Shown here: positions 23,930-32,000 of the stretch, piece after piece
Position numbering within the stretch: the stretch's first letter is position 1
How the letters are laid out: each line of letters begins with the position of its first letter
Assembly: GCA_022564515.1 (NCBI GenBank)
Contig: JADFLH010000006.1
Location: 5,326-37,325 of the forward strand
Reading direction: 5' to 3'
DNA from: Nitrososphaerota archaeon
Lineage (GTDB): Archaea; Thermoproteota; Nitrososphaeria; Nitrososphaerales; Nitrosopumilaceae
DNA: 32,000 bases
Translations under genes and position numbers: made by a program
Notes under the pieces: model-generated
Database searches by the model: none
What the model saw: the letters and a program-made list of their open reading frames with translations, nothing else
Told to the model about the DNA's origin: nothing

Positions 23930-25036
23930 CTAGAATTTTGAATCTACCATAACAAGACAATGGTCAATCTTGCCCTTGTAAGGTGTGGATACTGAAAAAT
24001 GTCTAAAATCCTTTGATGCAACATCTACAATCTTTGAAAGACCTGTAGCTACAACATTTCCAAAATCATCGAATAGAAGTAACTTGAAAAACAATGCATC
24101 ATAGTAAATATTGTCATTGGTATAATCACCAGATAAAGTTACAATATTGTTTTGCTTTTTACACAGCACCCCACTAAACTGATCATTGTATTTTGATTCG
24201 TAAAAATTCATCGAACTGACATATAGATTAGTTTGTTGAGCCAAAGAAAGCTTAGCTTGGTGCTCTTTTAGCTGCATATTCTTTTCTGCCAAGGCCGACA
24301 TTACTTGAATTTCTTTTTTGGATGGGTCTTCAGTAATAATTCCTTTTTCGATAAGATACTCTATTGAATTTTGATACTCTTGCTCTGAAATTATTCCTTG
24401 TTTGTGCCACTTTAAGATTTTTTGAACCCAGCTTGGAAGGGGATATTTTTGTGAAGAATCTGTTGTAGACAAAAGTATCTTTTTACAGTTTGGACACGAA
24501 GTAGAATGATGGTTGTCCATCATAACAAGATAGTATCTTTTTGTACCGTCCATGTTTAGAATTTCATTATTCCAAATTCGCAAAACATCAAAACAAATTG
24601 TAAAAACTTTTGATTGGCCCATTTTAACTCGATCATTTGTATAGTCACATTCATTGAAGAGCTCACGAGAGTAGAAATTGTCATATTTGACTTCTAGCTC
24701 AAAATCGTAACTTACGTAATAGTTGTCTACAATCTCAAGGACATCATTATTTTGATTGTTATCTCCAATAGGTTCCATCAACCAAATATTGAACATCGTA
24801 GCATGCACAACAAAATAATCTATACCATTGTTTGTAATGTTGATTGTTATCTTGATAAGATCAGCATCATCAAAGTAATAATCTGGAGTGTCATCCATTG
24901 AGAGAACTTGAAGATCCATTACCTGAAGATCAATCAAATCCAAGTCGTAATCGCCAGGTTGGAAAGCGGAGACTAAAGGAACTCCAATTACTAATGTAAT
25001 AATTGCAGGAAGGATAAAATGGAAATTCAACGACAT
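23930..25036 (-). CDS. hypothetical secreted/anchored protein
   Basis: 368 aa with an N-terminal hydrophobic signal/anchor (FHFILPAIITLVIGVPLVSAF). The remainder is soluble and Y/N/D-rich. No family recognised. Confidence 0.6.
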   Translation of the reverse strand: MSLNFHFILPAIITLVIGVPLVSAFQPGDYDLDLIDLQVMDLQVLSMDDTPDYYFDDADLIKITINITNNGIDYFVVHATMFNIWLMEPIGDNNQNNDVLEIVDNYYVSYDFELEVKYDNFYSRELFNECDYTNDRVKMGQSKVFTICFDVLRIWNNEILNMDGTKRYYLVMMDNHHSTSCPNCKKILLSTTDSSQKYPLPSWVQKILKWHKQGIISEQEYQNSIEYLIEKGIITEDPSKKEIQVMSALAEKNMQLKEHQAKLSLAQQTNLYVSSMNFYESKYNDQFSGVLCKKQNNIVTLSGDYTNDNIYYDALFFKLLLFDDFGNVVATGLSKIVDVASKDFRHFSVSTPYKGKIDHCLVMVDSKF

Positions 25037-25194
25037 TACATTATGATTATCTTTTTTCGATTATAATTCTAATTATTTTTGCATTCATTCCACTAGTTTC
25101 TTCCGCATTACCATTTGCCAATGCAGAAGTACTTGACTGGGTCAAAAACACCTAGATGGTCTTTTGAAAGATTTGTCAAATGTAAGGAAAATTA

Positions 25195-25212
25195 ACATTT
25201 GATACGAACTGT
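25195..25212. repeat. exact copy (reverse orientation) of the dispersed imperfect palindrome: acatttgatacgaactgt (extended ttaacatttgatacgaactgttaa, 25192-25215)
   Basis: Read directly. An extra half-site tcaaatgt lies at 25176-25183. Intergenic. Confidence 0.9.
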
Positions 25213-25284
25213 TAATGGAAAAATCGTTTAAGCTACACTTTGCATATCCTTATTAATAATTTGATTCATTGTTGAATAGATATT

Positions 25285-25374
25285 ATGGAAACATATAGTT
25301 CAAATTTTGAAGTTAATGAGTTTGAAGATGACTTTGATGATGAATTTGCTGATATCGATAATCAGGATGACTAG
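25285..25374 (+). CDS. possible 29-aa highly acidic peptide, below the ORF-track cutoff
   Basis: Hand-translated as METYSSNFEVNEFEDDFDDEFADIDNQDD. It starts 72 nt downstream of the palindrome copy. Its stop shares the CTAG tetranucleotide with the convergent wHTH gene. Speculative. Confidence 0.2.
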   Translation: METYSSNFEVNEFEDDFDDEFADIDNQDD

Positions 25375-25658
25375 ATAGCTAAACCAAAGTTCTCTACAAA
25401 CTTACTAAATGTTTGATATGCTTGAAGAAACTCTCTTCCATTTTGACTTATTTTGTATCTACAAGAACCTTGCAAAGTATTTTGTTCTAAAAGACCTTGG
25501 GATACAAGATTGTTCAAAATTCTTGAGATTCTAACATGAGAAATATTTGCTTTTCTAATTAGGTAGGTTACACCAGCTCCATCGTCATCTATTAAATCAT
25601 CTCTTGTTGTTGTTAAGATATCGCCAATTATTTTCATATGAGTTCTATATTCTGCCAT
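25371..25658 (-). CDS. winged-helix transcriptional regulator; paralog of 16953-17234
   Basis: MAEYRTHMKIIGDIL...YLIRKANISHVRISRILNNLVSQGLLEQ...KISQNGREFLQAYQTFSKFVENFGLAI. The start is moved to Met30 of the track ORF by analogy with the paralog. Confidence 0.65.
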   Translation of the reverse strand: MAEYRTHMKIIGDILTTTRDDLIDDDGAGVTYLIRKANISHVRISRILNNLVSQGLLEQNTLQGSCRYKISQNGREFLQAYQTFSKFVENFGLAI

Positions 25659-25795
25659 CCCACATCTAACACTCTTAATCAGTATGATAGTAACAAGATA
25701 CTCTGCAATGCACAATTGAGATAAAAGATTTTGACTAGGTGACATTTCACAATCATGATTTGAAAACTGAGGCTAATTTTGTAACCAATGTAAAA

Positions 25796-26434
25796 TCACA
25801 GATCTTCATCAAATTTTATTTTCGTTAATGGAATCTTACTCACGGGAATAAATAATGCTATCAATCCCACTATTTTAATAGAAATTGAAAGATAATAGAG
25901 AATTGATTCTGGAAACACAAATGAATACCATCCAAGAAATTCTCCTAACGCAAGAAGTGACAAACCAAGCGCAACAGAAATTGCCCCTTTCTTTTTATTT
26001 TCAAGGTAAGACATTATAGTTTCAATTGCAGCATAAACTAACAAAATAAACGAAATTGATCTGAAAATATTTTCAATATGTATTAAAGAAACTAAAAACA
26101 AAGGAAAAATTCCTACAGATCTAAAATAACGTGATTTTGGAAAAAAAGATTTGATGCTGTGCGAGAATGCAATAAAAAAATAACCTATTGTTTGAATTCC
26201 AATTCCCAATGTTTGAATCCATCTTTCTATTTGGCCTGATTTTATCAAAAAATCTTCTGCCATATAACCCGTCCAGATAATAAAGAAGCCAACACAAATT
26301 GAGAAAAATGCAATCGATAATCGAAATAATGTTGGGCTACCCGTATTTTTGAAACCAATGTAGGACATTAGACCTATTGAAAGACCTACAACAAATCCAA
26401 TCAAATTTAGAATATTTTCAAAAAGAAATTCCAA
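25796..26434 (-). CDS. polytopic membrane protein (about 6-7 TM), unknown function
   Basis: 212 aa, almost entirely hydrophobic segments separated by short loops. Confidence 0.6.
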   Translation of the reverse strand: MEFLFENILNLIGFVVGLSIGLMSYIGFKNTGSPTLFRLSIAFFSICVGFFIIWTGYMAEDFLIKSGQIERWIQTLGIGIQTIGYFFIAFSHSIKSFFPKSRYFRSVGIFPLFLVSLIHIENIFRSISFILLVYAAIETIMSYLENKKKGAISVALGLSLLALGEFLGWYSFVFPESILYYLSISIKIVGLIALFIPVSKIPLTKIKFDEDL

Positions 26435-26482
26435 TTATGATAAACGATCTTTGGAATTAATTATTTTAACATAATGAATCAT

Positions 26483-26704
26483 TTAACCAGATTGTGAATC
26501 CCAATCATCCAGAGAACCTGCAGTTTGTCCCTCAGTGCTTCCTGTATAATCTCCAAGGATATCTGAATATGTTAAATCACTATGAGCAATGTACTTGATA
26601 TACTCGCCATAACTCATTTCTAAATTACATTTCTCACATCGTACCATTGAAAAATCCGAAGAGAGATCTGCGCCCTTCTTGCACTTTGGGCATTTAATTT
26701 TCAT
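26483..26704 (-). CDS. small zinc-ribbon protein with an acidic tail
   Basis: MKIKCPKCKKG...VRCEKCN gives two CxxC pairs. The C-terminus is D/S/G-rich. Confidence 0.5.
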   Translation of the reverse strand: MKIKCPKCKKGADLSSDFSMVRCEKCNLEMSYGEYIKYIAHSDLTYSDILGDYTGSTEGQTAGSLDDWDSQSG

Positions 26705-26780
26705 ATTTTATCTTGTTTTGATTATTAATTATTGGTTTAGATTGAAAAAGATTAAAGTAGTTTCAAATGACCGGTATGGT

Positions 26781-27068
26781 ATGACTAGAATTTGCACAAA
26801 GTGCAATAATTCCATTCCTGAGAATGAACAATTAGAACCAATTGCAGATAAGTATCCATGCTGCAATAAATGCTGGACTGAATGGAAAGAATACCGAATC
26901 ATGGTTATGAACGAGATGAGATTAGATATGTCGATGCCTGACCATAGAAAGGTTTTGAAAAAACATGAGAAAATCTTCGCAGGAGTTTTGACTCCAGAAG
27001 GGGATATAGTCGATTATTCTAATGAGGATAACAGAAATCCAGAGTCTAAACCCCAATCTGAATTTTAG
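26781..27068 (+). CDS. YggX-like Fe(2+)-trafficking / oxidative-damage protection protein, Cys-rich variant
   Basis: From the ATG at 26781 (the track start at 26679 adds an implausible hydrophobic leader overlapping the divergent gene). CWTEWKEYRIMVMNEMRLDMSMPDHRKVLKKHEKIF parallels E. coli YggX [36 protein letters not shown]. The N-terminus carries CxxC...CCxxC. Confidence 0.68.
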   Translation: MTRICTKCNNSIPENEQLEPIADKYPCCNKCWTEWKEYRIMVMNEMRLDMSMPDHRKVLKKHEKIFAGVLTPEGDIVDYSNEDNRNPESKPQSEF

Positions 27069-27516
27069 CATTATTGGGGATTAAAAATAACAATGTTTTT
27101 TTCTTACCCACATCTAACTCAGCTATAATTTCTCTAATCGATTTTGAGAGAATTAATTTTTCATCATCATTTAATGACATGAAAATTTCCAAGATTCCGT
27201 CTAAGTGGAAATTAATTAATTTTTCAGGAAAAATAATTACCGCATTTATATATTGCAAAAATAATTCTTTTCGTTGTTTTTCACTAAACGTGACTAAGAC
27301 TTGAAGCCAAGTTTTGAAGAGTTTAGAAAAATTTGGAAATGGAATGGTTGGACCAGCTTCAAGAGCATTATTAATTATTTCTTCTTTTTCTTGTTCTGGT
27401 AGAGAAAAATATTCAGTCATTCTTTTTTTTAAAATTGGCTTTCTTAAAAAATCAGGTAAATTAGCAAGGACAATGATAATGTTTCGAGCATAATTTGACT
27501 CTGTCAATATTTCCAA
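27046..27516 (-). CDS. hypothetical protein (helical)
   Basis: 156-aa ORF filling the gap before purA. No family recognised. Confidence 0.5.
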   Translation of the reverse strand: MEILTESNYARNIIIVLANLPDFLRKPILKKRMTEYFSLPEQEKEEIINNALEAGPTIPFPNFSKLFKTWLQVLVTFSEKQRKELFLQYINAVIIFPEKLINFHLDGILEIFMSLNDDEKLILSKSIREIIAELDVGKKKTLLFLIPNNAKIQIGV

Positions 27517-27585
27517 TCAGCAAATTTGGATATTAAATAGTATCAAACAACTTTAGCTTAAATACGCGATTCTTAGTTCAGTAAT

Positions 27586-28587
27586 GTGCCTTCAACAGTT
27601 GTAGTAGGTGGCTTTTTTGGGGATGAGGGAAAAGGAAAAATCATTTCACATCTAGCATTGAAGGATAATCCATCAATAGTAGTAAGGGGTGGAGCAGGAC
27701 CAAATGCAGGACATACCGTACGAAACGGGAACAAGATTTACAAAATTCGAATGTTGCCTAGTGGATTTTTGAATAAGAATACCAAAGTTTTGATTGGTCC
27801 GGGAGTGGTAATAAATCCGGAGATTTTATTAAAAGAGATTAAAGATTTTGAAGTTTCTGGAAGGGTATTCATAGACATGAATTGTGGCATTATAGAAGAG
27901 ACTCATATAAGACAGGATTCTAAAGGGGATCTCAAAGAAAAAATTGGAAGTACAGGTTCAGGAACAGGTCCTGCAAATGCTGAAAGAGCAATGAGGACTC
28001 TGAAACTTGCCAAGGACTTTACATTACTTTCCGACTATTTGGGAGATGTTCCCAGTTTGATAAACTCAGCCTTAAACGACAACGAAAACATCCTTGTTGA
28101 AGGAACTCAGGGAACCTTTCTCTCACTATGGCATGGAACATATCCATATGTTACCTCAAAGGAAGTGACTGCATCAGGCATATGCGCGGATGTAGGTCTG
28201 GGACCTAAAAATGTGGATGAGGTGATCATTGTATTCAAATCGTATGTGACTAGAGTTGGCACAGGACCTCTTGAAAATGAACTTACACCTGAAGATGTTT
28301 CAGAGAAAGGCTGGTCTGAATTTGGAACTGTGACTGGCCGTCCTAGGCGTGCTTCGGAATTTAATTTTGAATTGGCTAAACGTGCTATAATGCTTAATAG
28401 TGCTACACAGATTGCCCTTACAAAATTAGATGTTCGCTTTGCAGAGTGTACAGGTAAAACCTCCTACGAGGAACTTAGTGACGAAGCAAAGTTATTCATA
28501 AAAAAAATTGAAGATGAACTAAGGGTCCCTGTTACTCTCATAGGCACTGGTCCTGATACTAGTGAGATAATAGATAGAAGAAAATAA
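27586..28587 (+). CDS. purA: adenylosuccinate synthetase (short archaeal form)
   Basis: VVVGGFFGDEGKGKI (P-loop), GPNAGHTV, GSTGSGTGPA, EGTQGTFLS and GTVTGRPRR are the PurA motifs. GTG start. Confidence 0.93.
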   Translation: MPSTVVVGGFFGDEGKGKIISHLALKDNPSIVVRGGAGPNAGHTVRNGNKIYKIRMLPSGFLNKNTKVLIGPGVVINPEILLKEIKDFEVSGRVFIDMNCGIIEETHIRQDSKGDLKEKIGSTGSGTGPANAERAMRTLKLAKDFTLLSDYLGDVPSLINSALNDNENILVEGTQGTFLSLWHGTYPYVTSKEVTASGICADVGLGPKNVDEVIIVFKSYVTRVGTGPLENELTPEDVSEKGWSEFGTVTGRPRRASEFNFELAKRAIMLNSATQIALTKLDVRFAECTGKTSYEELSDEAKLFIKKIEDELRVPVTLIGTGPDTSEIIDRRK

Positions 28588-28639
28588 TTTTTCATTTTTT
28601 TGGTTAAAAATTTAAGTTAGTAAACTTTTCAAATACCTT

Positions 28640-29302
28640 GTGGACAAACTACCAAGGTATATTGAAGTAAGATCTAACTTAGAATTTTCTAGACTTGTTT
28701 GTGCATTAGAGAGTACTCCACGCGTGTCATTTCTACATGAACATGATGGAAAAAAGGTTCTTTCTGTACAAATGGATCTTCTGATGAAAAAACCAATAAT
28801 TTATTTTGCGCCTGTAGAAAAGCTAGGACACTATATCTGCTATGGTTTTAAGGCTGGACGTGAAGAATCATCAGTGGTTAATTCCACGATTGATACTGCA
28901 CGACTTTACTCACCTATTATAAAAATAAAATCACTTCCAGCCTCACTTCGAAGCGGAAGCGATGTAATCGACAAATATCACCCTATAGAACTTGAAGACA
29001 TGGCTAGCCTTGCAAAACTTAGTTATGGCTTTGAGGATTCACCATTTCCTCTATTTTCATTCCCATTCAAGGACAAGTGGCTTCTGGGAGTTTTCATGAA
29101 CTTTAGTGAGGAAGGAACATCTTATTTCTGCCATGTAGTCATGGATGAGGAGCCGAAAAAACCGTTTTTAAAATACGCAACCAATAATGGAATCCCGCCA
29201 TCAATAGTAGATAACCCAAATGAGCACGGATATTCCTATATCAAAATAATAAAATTAAAAGACACTCATCCCTTGGTCGATTATGACCAAGTTTGTAACT
29301 AG
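28640..29302 (+). CDS. hypothetical conserved protein
   Basis: 220-aa ORF (GTG start) between purA and pyrF, overlapping pyrF by 20 nt. No family recognised. Confidence 0.55.
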   Translation: MDKLPRYIEVRSNLEFSRLVCALESTPRVSFLHEHDGKKVLSVQMDLLMKKPIIYFAPVEKLGHYICYGFKAGREESSVVNSTIDTARLYSPIIKIKSLPASLRSGSDVIDKYHPIELEDMASLAKLSYGFEDSPFPLFSFPFKDKWLLGVFMNFSEEGTSYFCHVVMDEEPKKPFLKYATNNGIPPSIVDNPNEHGYSYIKIIKLKDTHPLVDYDQVCN

Positions 29303-30029
29303 AATCAAACGGATTTCTGAAAAAAGAGGAAAATTAATTCTAGCTAATGATTATCCTCCATCTACAAACAAGTTAGAATCAAGAACTATTTCAAATATCA
29401 GAAAATTAAACAAGCATCTCTGTGGTTTAAAAATTAACTTTCATCTTTTACTTCAGCTTGGACGTAAAGAAATTATTAACATTAACAAAATCGCACATAA
29501 CTATGAAATCCAAACAATCGCTGACATAAAACTCAATGATATTGGAAATACGAATGAGAATACCACAGAAATTCTTTGGAAATTAGGTTTTGATGCAGTA
29601 ATTGTTAATCCAATAATGGGAAAGCAAAGCTTGAACAAAATTGTTGCCTCGGCTCATAGAAAAAATAAAGGTGTGATTGCACTTTGTCATATGAGTGCTC
29701 CAGAAGCAAAATTTTCTTATGAACTGAATGTAAAATTACATTCTAACAAAGAGAAAAGGCTATATCAATTATTTTTGGAGTGGGCAATTTCACAAAACGC
29801 TGATGGTATAATTGTTGGAGCAACATATCCAAAAATTATTAGGTATTGCAAGAAAAAAATAAAAAATTCTTTAGCAATTTATTCACCTGGGATTGGTACT
29901 CAGGGAGGAAAAGTAAAAGACATTATGAGTGCAGGTTCTGACTATCTTATTGTTGGAAGAACAATTCTAAATGCAAATGACCCTGTAGCTGCTGCAAAGA
30001 ATTTACAGTTACAATCTTTCAATAAGTAA
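29283..30029 (+). CDS. pyrF: orotidine 5'-phosphate decarboxylase
   Basis: KLILANDYP (lilALD-type), ADIKLNDIGNT (DxKxxDIxxT), SPGIGTQGG and LIVGRTI. Confidence 0.87.
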   Translation: MTKFVTRIKRISEKRGKLILANDYPPSTNKLESRTISNIRKLNKHLCGLKINFHLLLQLGRKEIININKIAHNYEIQTIADIKLNDIGNTNENTTEILWKLGFDAVIVNPIMGKQSLNKIVASAHRKNKGVIALCHMSAPEAKFSYELNVKLHSNKEKRLYQLFLEWAISQNADGIIVGATYPKIIRYCKKKIKNSLAIYSPGIGTQGGKVKDIMSAGSDYLIVGRTILNANDPVAAAKNLQLQSFNK

Positions 30030-30422
30030 TTGATTAGCTCTTGATAACACTGACCTTGCGTTTTGGTAAGTAGTTTTTTCTAACGCGTCTTCAAACTCTA
30101 ACCAAACATAATCCAAGTGTTCATGTGAGATCTTTATTTTCTCAATACTTGTTTTGGCTAAAAAGAAAATTACTTTTTTATGTATTAATTCTCCTGCATA
30201 CTGAAAATCATATTCAATACTTTCCTCAAAACCATCCACAAAATTCAAGTCAGTGATGCCAGTTTCTTCTTTTGTTTCTCTAGCCACTGTCTGAAGAGTA
30301 TTTTCATTTTCCTCGATTTTACCTTTCACAAAATCCCAATGACCCGAAGGATAGTAAAGTAGAAGGAAGAGTAATTTAGAATTTTCTCTAAAAATTACAA
30401 CGCCTGCAGATATTTCATTCAT
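30009..30422 (-). CDS. NUDIX hydrolase
   Basis: The Nudix box GKIEENENTLQTVARETKEETGI fits GX5EX7REUXEEXGU. Confidence 0.88.
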   Translation of the reverse strand: MNEISAGVVIFRENSKLLFLLLYYPSGHWDFVKGKIEENENTLQTVARETKEETGITDLNFVDGFEESIEYDFQYAGELIHKKVIFFLAKTSIEKIKISHEHLDYVWLEFEDALEKTTYQNARSVLSRANQLLIERL

Positions 30423-30445
30423 AACTTCAAATTTTGACCCGAAAG

Positions 30446-31237
30446 TTATTTACCAATTCGTCTTTGTCTTTTTTGAAAAGTCCTTATAGCTCTCATAAGA
30501 TCAATTTTTCGAAATTCCGGCCAAAAAATATCCATAAAAACTAATTCACTATATGCGCTTTGCCATAACAAAAATCCACTCAATCTTTTTTCGCCAGAGG
30601 TCCTGAGAATCATATCGGGGGATGATTGAGGCAAGTGGGATGTATAAAGATTCATTTCGATTTCTTTTTTGTCAATATCATCAACGTTCATCGTTCCTTC
30701 CTTTATTTTGCTACCAATCTTCTTCACTGCATCAACTAACTCGTCTTGACCTCCATATGCTATGGCGATATTGAAAAAATGTTTATCATAATTTTTTGTA
30801 GCAGTATCTAACCTTTTTAGAACATCCTTGATGGACTCTGGTAAAAGCTCGATCCTGCCTATACCTTTTACTCTCATCTGATTTTTATGAATTCTCGGAT
30901 CATTGAGCAGTTTTTCCAGCCTATTTTTTAGTAGTTCAAAAAGGTCCTCCAGTTCCTCATCTCTTCTATTCAAGTTTTCAGCTGATAAAGCATACAAAGT
31001 AATAATTTTGATATCGAGTTCCTCACACCAATCAAGAAGATTTTCAACTGCATCCGCACCTTTAAAATGACCAGATTTTAGAATTCCTAGGTTTCTTTTT
31101 GCCCACCTTCTATTCCCATCAAGAATTAATGCAATGTGATTTGGCATAGGTCCATTAAGAATTTCTTTTTCTAACCTTCGAGAATATATTTTGTATAAAC
31201 CTGAAAAATAAAAAGCCGTATCTTTGACTTTAGTCAT
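30446..31237 (-). CDS. uppS: cis-prenyltransferase (undecaprenyl-diphosphate synthase family, archaeal GGPP-specific type)
   Basis: HIALILDGNRRWA, ITLYALSAENLNRR, DMILRTSGEKRLSGFLLWQSAYSEL and RRIGK. Confidence 0.93.
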   Translation of the reverse strand: MTKVKDTAFYFSGLYKIYSRRLEKEILNGPMPNHIALILDGNRRWAKRNLGILKSGHFKGADAVENLLDWCEELDIKIITLYALSAENLNRRDEELEDLFELLKNRLEKLLNDPRIHKNQMRVKGIGRIELLPESIKDVLKRLDTATKNYDKHFFNIAIAYGGQDELVDAVKKIGSKIKEGTMNVDDIDKKEIEMNLYTSHLPQSSPDMILRTSGEKRLSGFLLWQSAYSELVFMDIFWPEFRKIDLMRAIRTFQKRQRRIGK

Positions 31238-31343
31238 AGCTCACCATTTGTTGAGTAAGAACGTGATTATAGATATGATTGTTTTTAATTAATTTCTTAC
31301 AGAACTGGAGATTTCTAACCTCTTACGACTTTTTGAACAAAAT

Positions 31344-31994
31344 CTAATCGGATAACGATTCTTCATCTGCACGCTTTTTGAATTTTTTGAACAAAATCAC
31401 GGCTGAGATTAGAGTTACAGCCATACCTGCCAAAAGTGGAGGAATAAGGGTAAAGGAACTTTCATCATTGATTAAGATATTTGTAAATTGCGCTATAGTT
31501 GGATAAAGAGCTACAAGTACAATTAGTCTTAAGGAATCAGTAATTTGCTTAGAAATACCTCCTAACCAATTACTAAGAAATGTTCCTGCAAATATGGAAG
31601 CTATTCCAATCCATAGAATTGGTAGAGCTCCGGAAACAAACTGTCCAACCAAGATTTTGTTTGAAATGATATTTAATAGCTGAGCTTCAGGGTCAACTAA
31701 ACTAACGTCAACAGCTACAACTCCAGCTAAAATTGAAGCTAAGAGAAGAATTATTCCAGCTATCAATGTAAACATCCTAATGAAACCTGATGGTGTAGGT
31801 TTTGTCCAGTTTGACCAAGCTTTATCGATATCAAATGCTCTTATCAAAAACGCTCCCCCCAAAACACTTACTAAAACAGCAAAAATTTCTGCAGTATAAC
31901 CAACTATTGTAGCAATGCCTCCAATAAGAAGTAGAATTCCTGGCACTCCTAAAAAGAATTTTGAATATTTTGTATCATAAGCAATCATTTTCAA
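31344..31994 (-). CDS. polytopic membrane protein, possibly 5'-truncated by the window edge
   Basis: 216 aa of hydrophobic segments. The 6 nt upstream to the window end contain no stop, so the true start may lie beyond 32000. Confidence 0.55.
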   Translation of the reverse strand: MKMIAYDTKYSKFFLGVPGILLLIGGIATIVGYTAEIFAVLVSVLGGAFLIRAFDIDKAWSNWTKPTPSGFIRMFTLIAGIILLLASILAGVVAVDVSLVDPEAQLLNIISNKILVGQFVSGALPILWIGIASIFAGTFLSNWLGGISKQITDSLRLIVLVALYPTIAQFTNILINDESSFTLIPPLLAGMAVTLISAVILFKKFKKRADEESLSD

Positions 31995-32000
31995 ATATTT

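Noticed and set aside
2452-25215. Palindrome copies as origin recognition boxes (ORB) of a replication origin, prompted by G-runs near 6527 and 8319.
   Set aside because: The copies are spread over 23 kb rather than clustered around an AT-rich unwinding element. No orc1/cdc6 gene is in the window, and the motif does not resemble ORB or mini-ORB sequences as I remember them.

Overview
This is an AT-rich archaeal chromosome segment. The gene content includes Alba, an archaeal histone, a Dpo4-type Y-family polymerase, RtcB, Nre, uS11, eS17, Cgi121, an archaeosortase homolog and a cis-prenyltransferase. That content, together with frequent GTG/TTG starts and K/E-rich protein extensions, fits a Nitrosopumilus-like ammonia-oxidising thaumarchaeon. 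This assignment is inferred from memory of these families and was not checked against any database. I call about 50 CDS (several are small and low confidence), two tRNAs (Thr-CGU and Cys-GCA), one frameshifted paralog, one in-frame tandem repeat and a dispersed intergenic repeat family.

The observations most worth a second look:
1. An 18-24 bp imperfect palindrome (ACATTTGATACGAACTGT) has four exact copies and about five degenerate ones, all outside CDS bodies and several next to DNA/RNA repair genes.
2. Two roughly 120-nt homologous intergenic elements (10115-10239 and 13438-13556) each end in that palindrome and show compensatory base changes in two helices, which suggests an unrecognised structured RNA family.
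3. A ThiS/MoaD-like ubiquitin-fold domain ending in HGG is fused in frame to the KEOPS subunit Cgi121. It sits in a tRNA-modification cluster with a THUMP protein and TsaC/YrdC.
4. A completely cysteine-free archaeosortase homolog has Ser at the expected nucleophile position and lies in a tightly overlapping four-gene operon with a SAM methyltransferase.
5. An AIPR-type abortive-infection gene lies next to tRNA-Cys.
6. A T9 tract splits a gene whose full-length paralog lies 9 kb away.
7. A perfect 5 x 24 bp in-frame repeat lies in a long acidic N-terminal extension of Alba.

All functional calls come from reading the translated ORFs. No searches were run.
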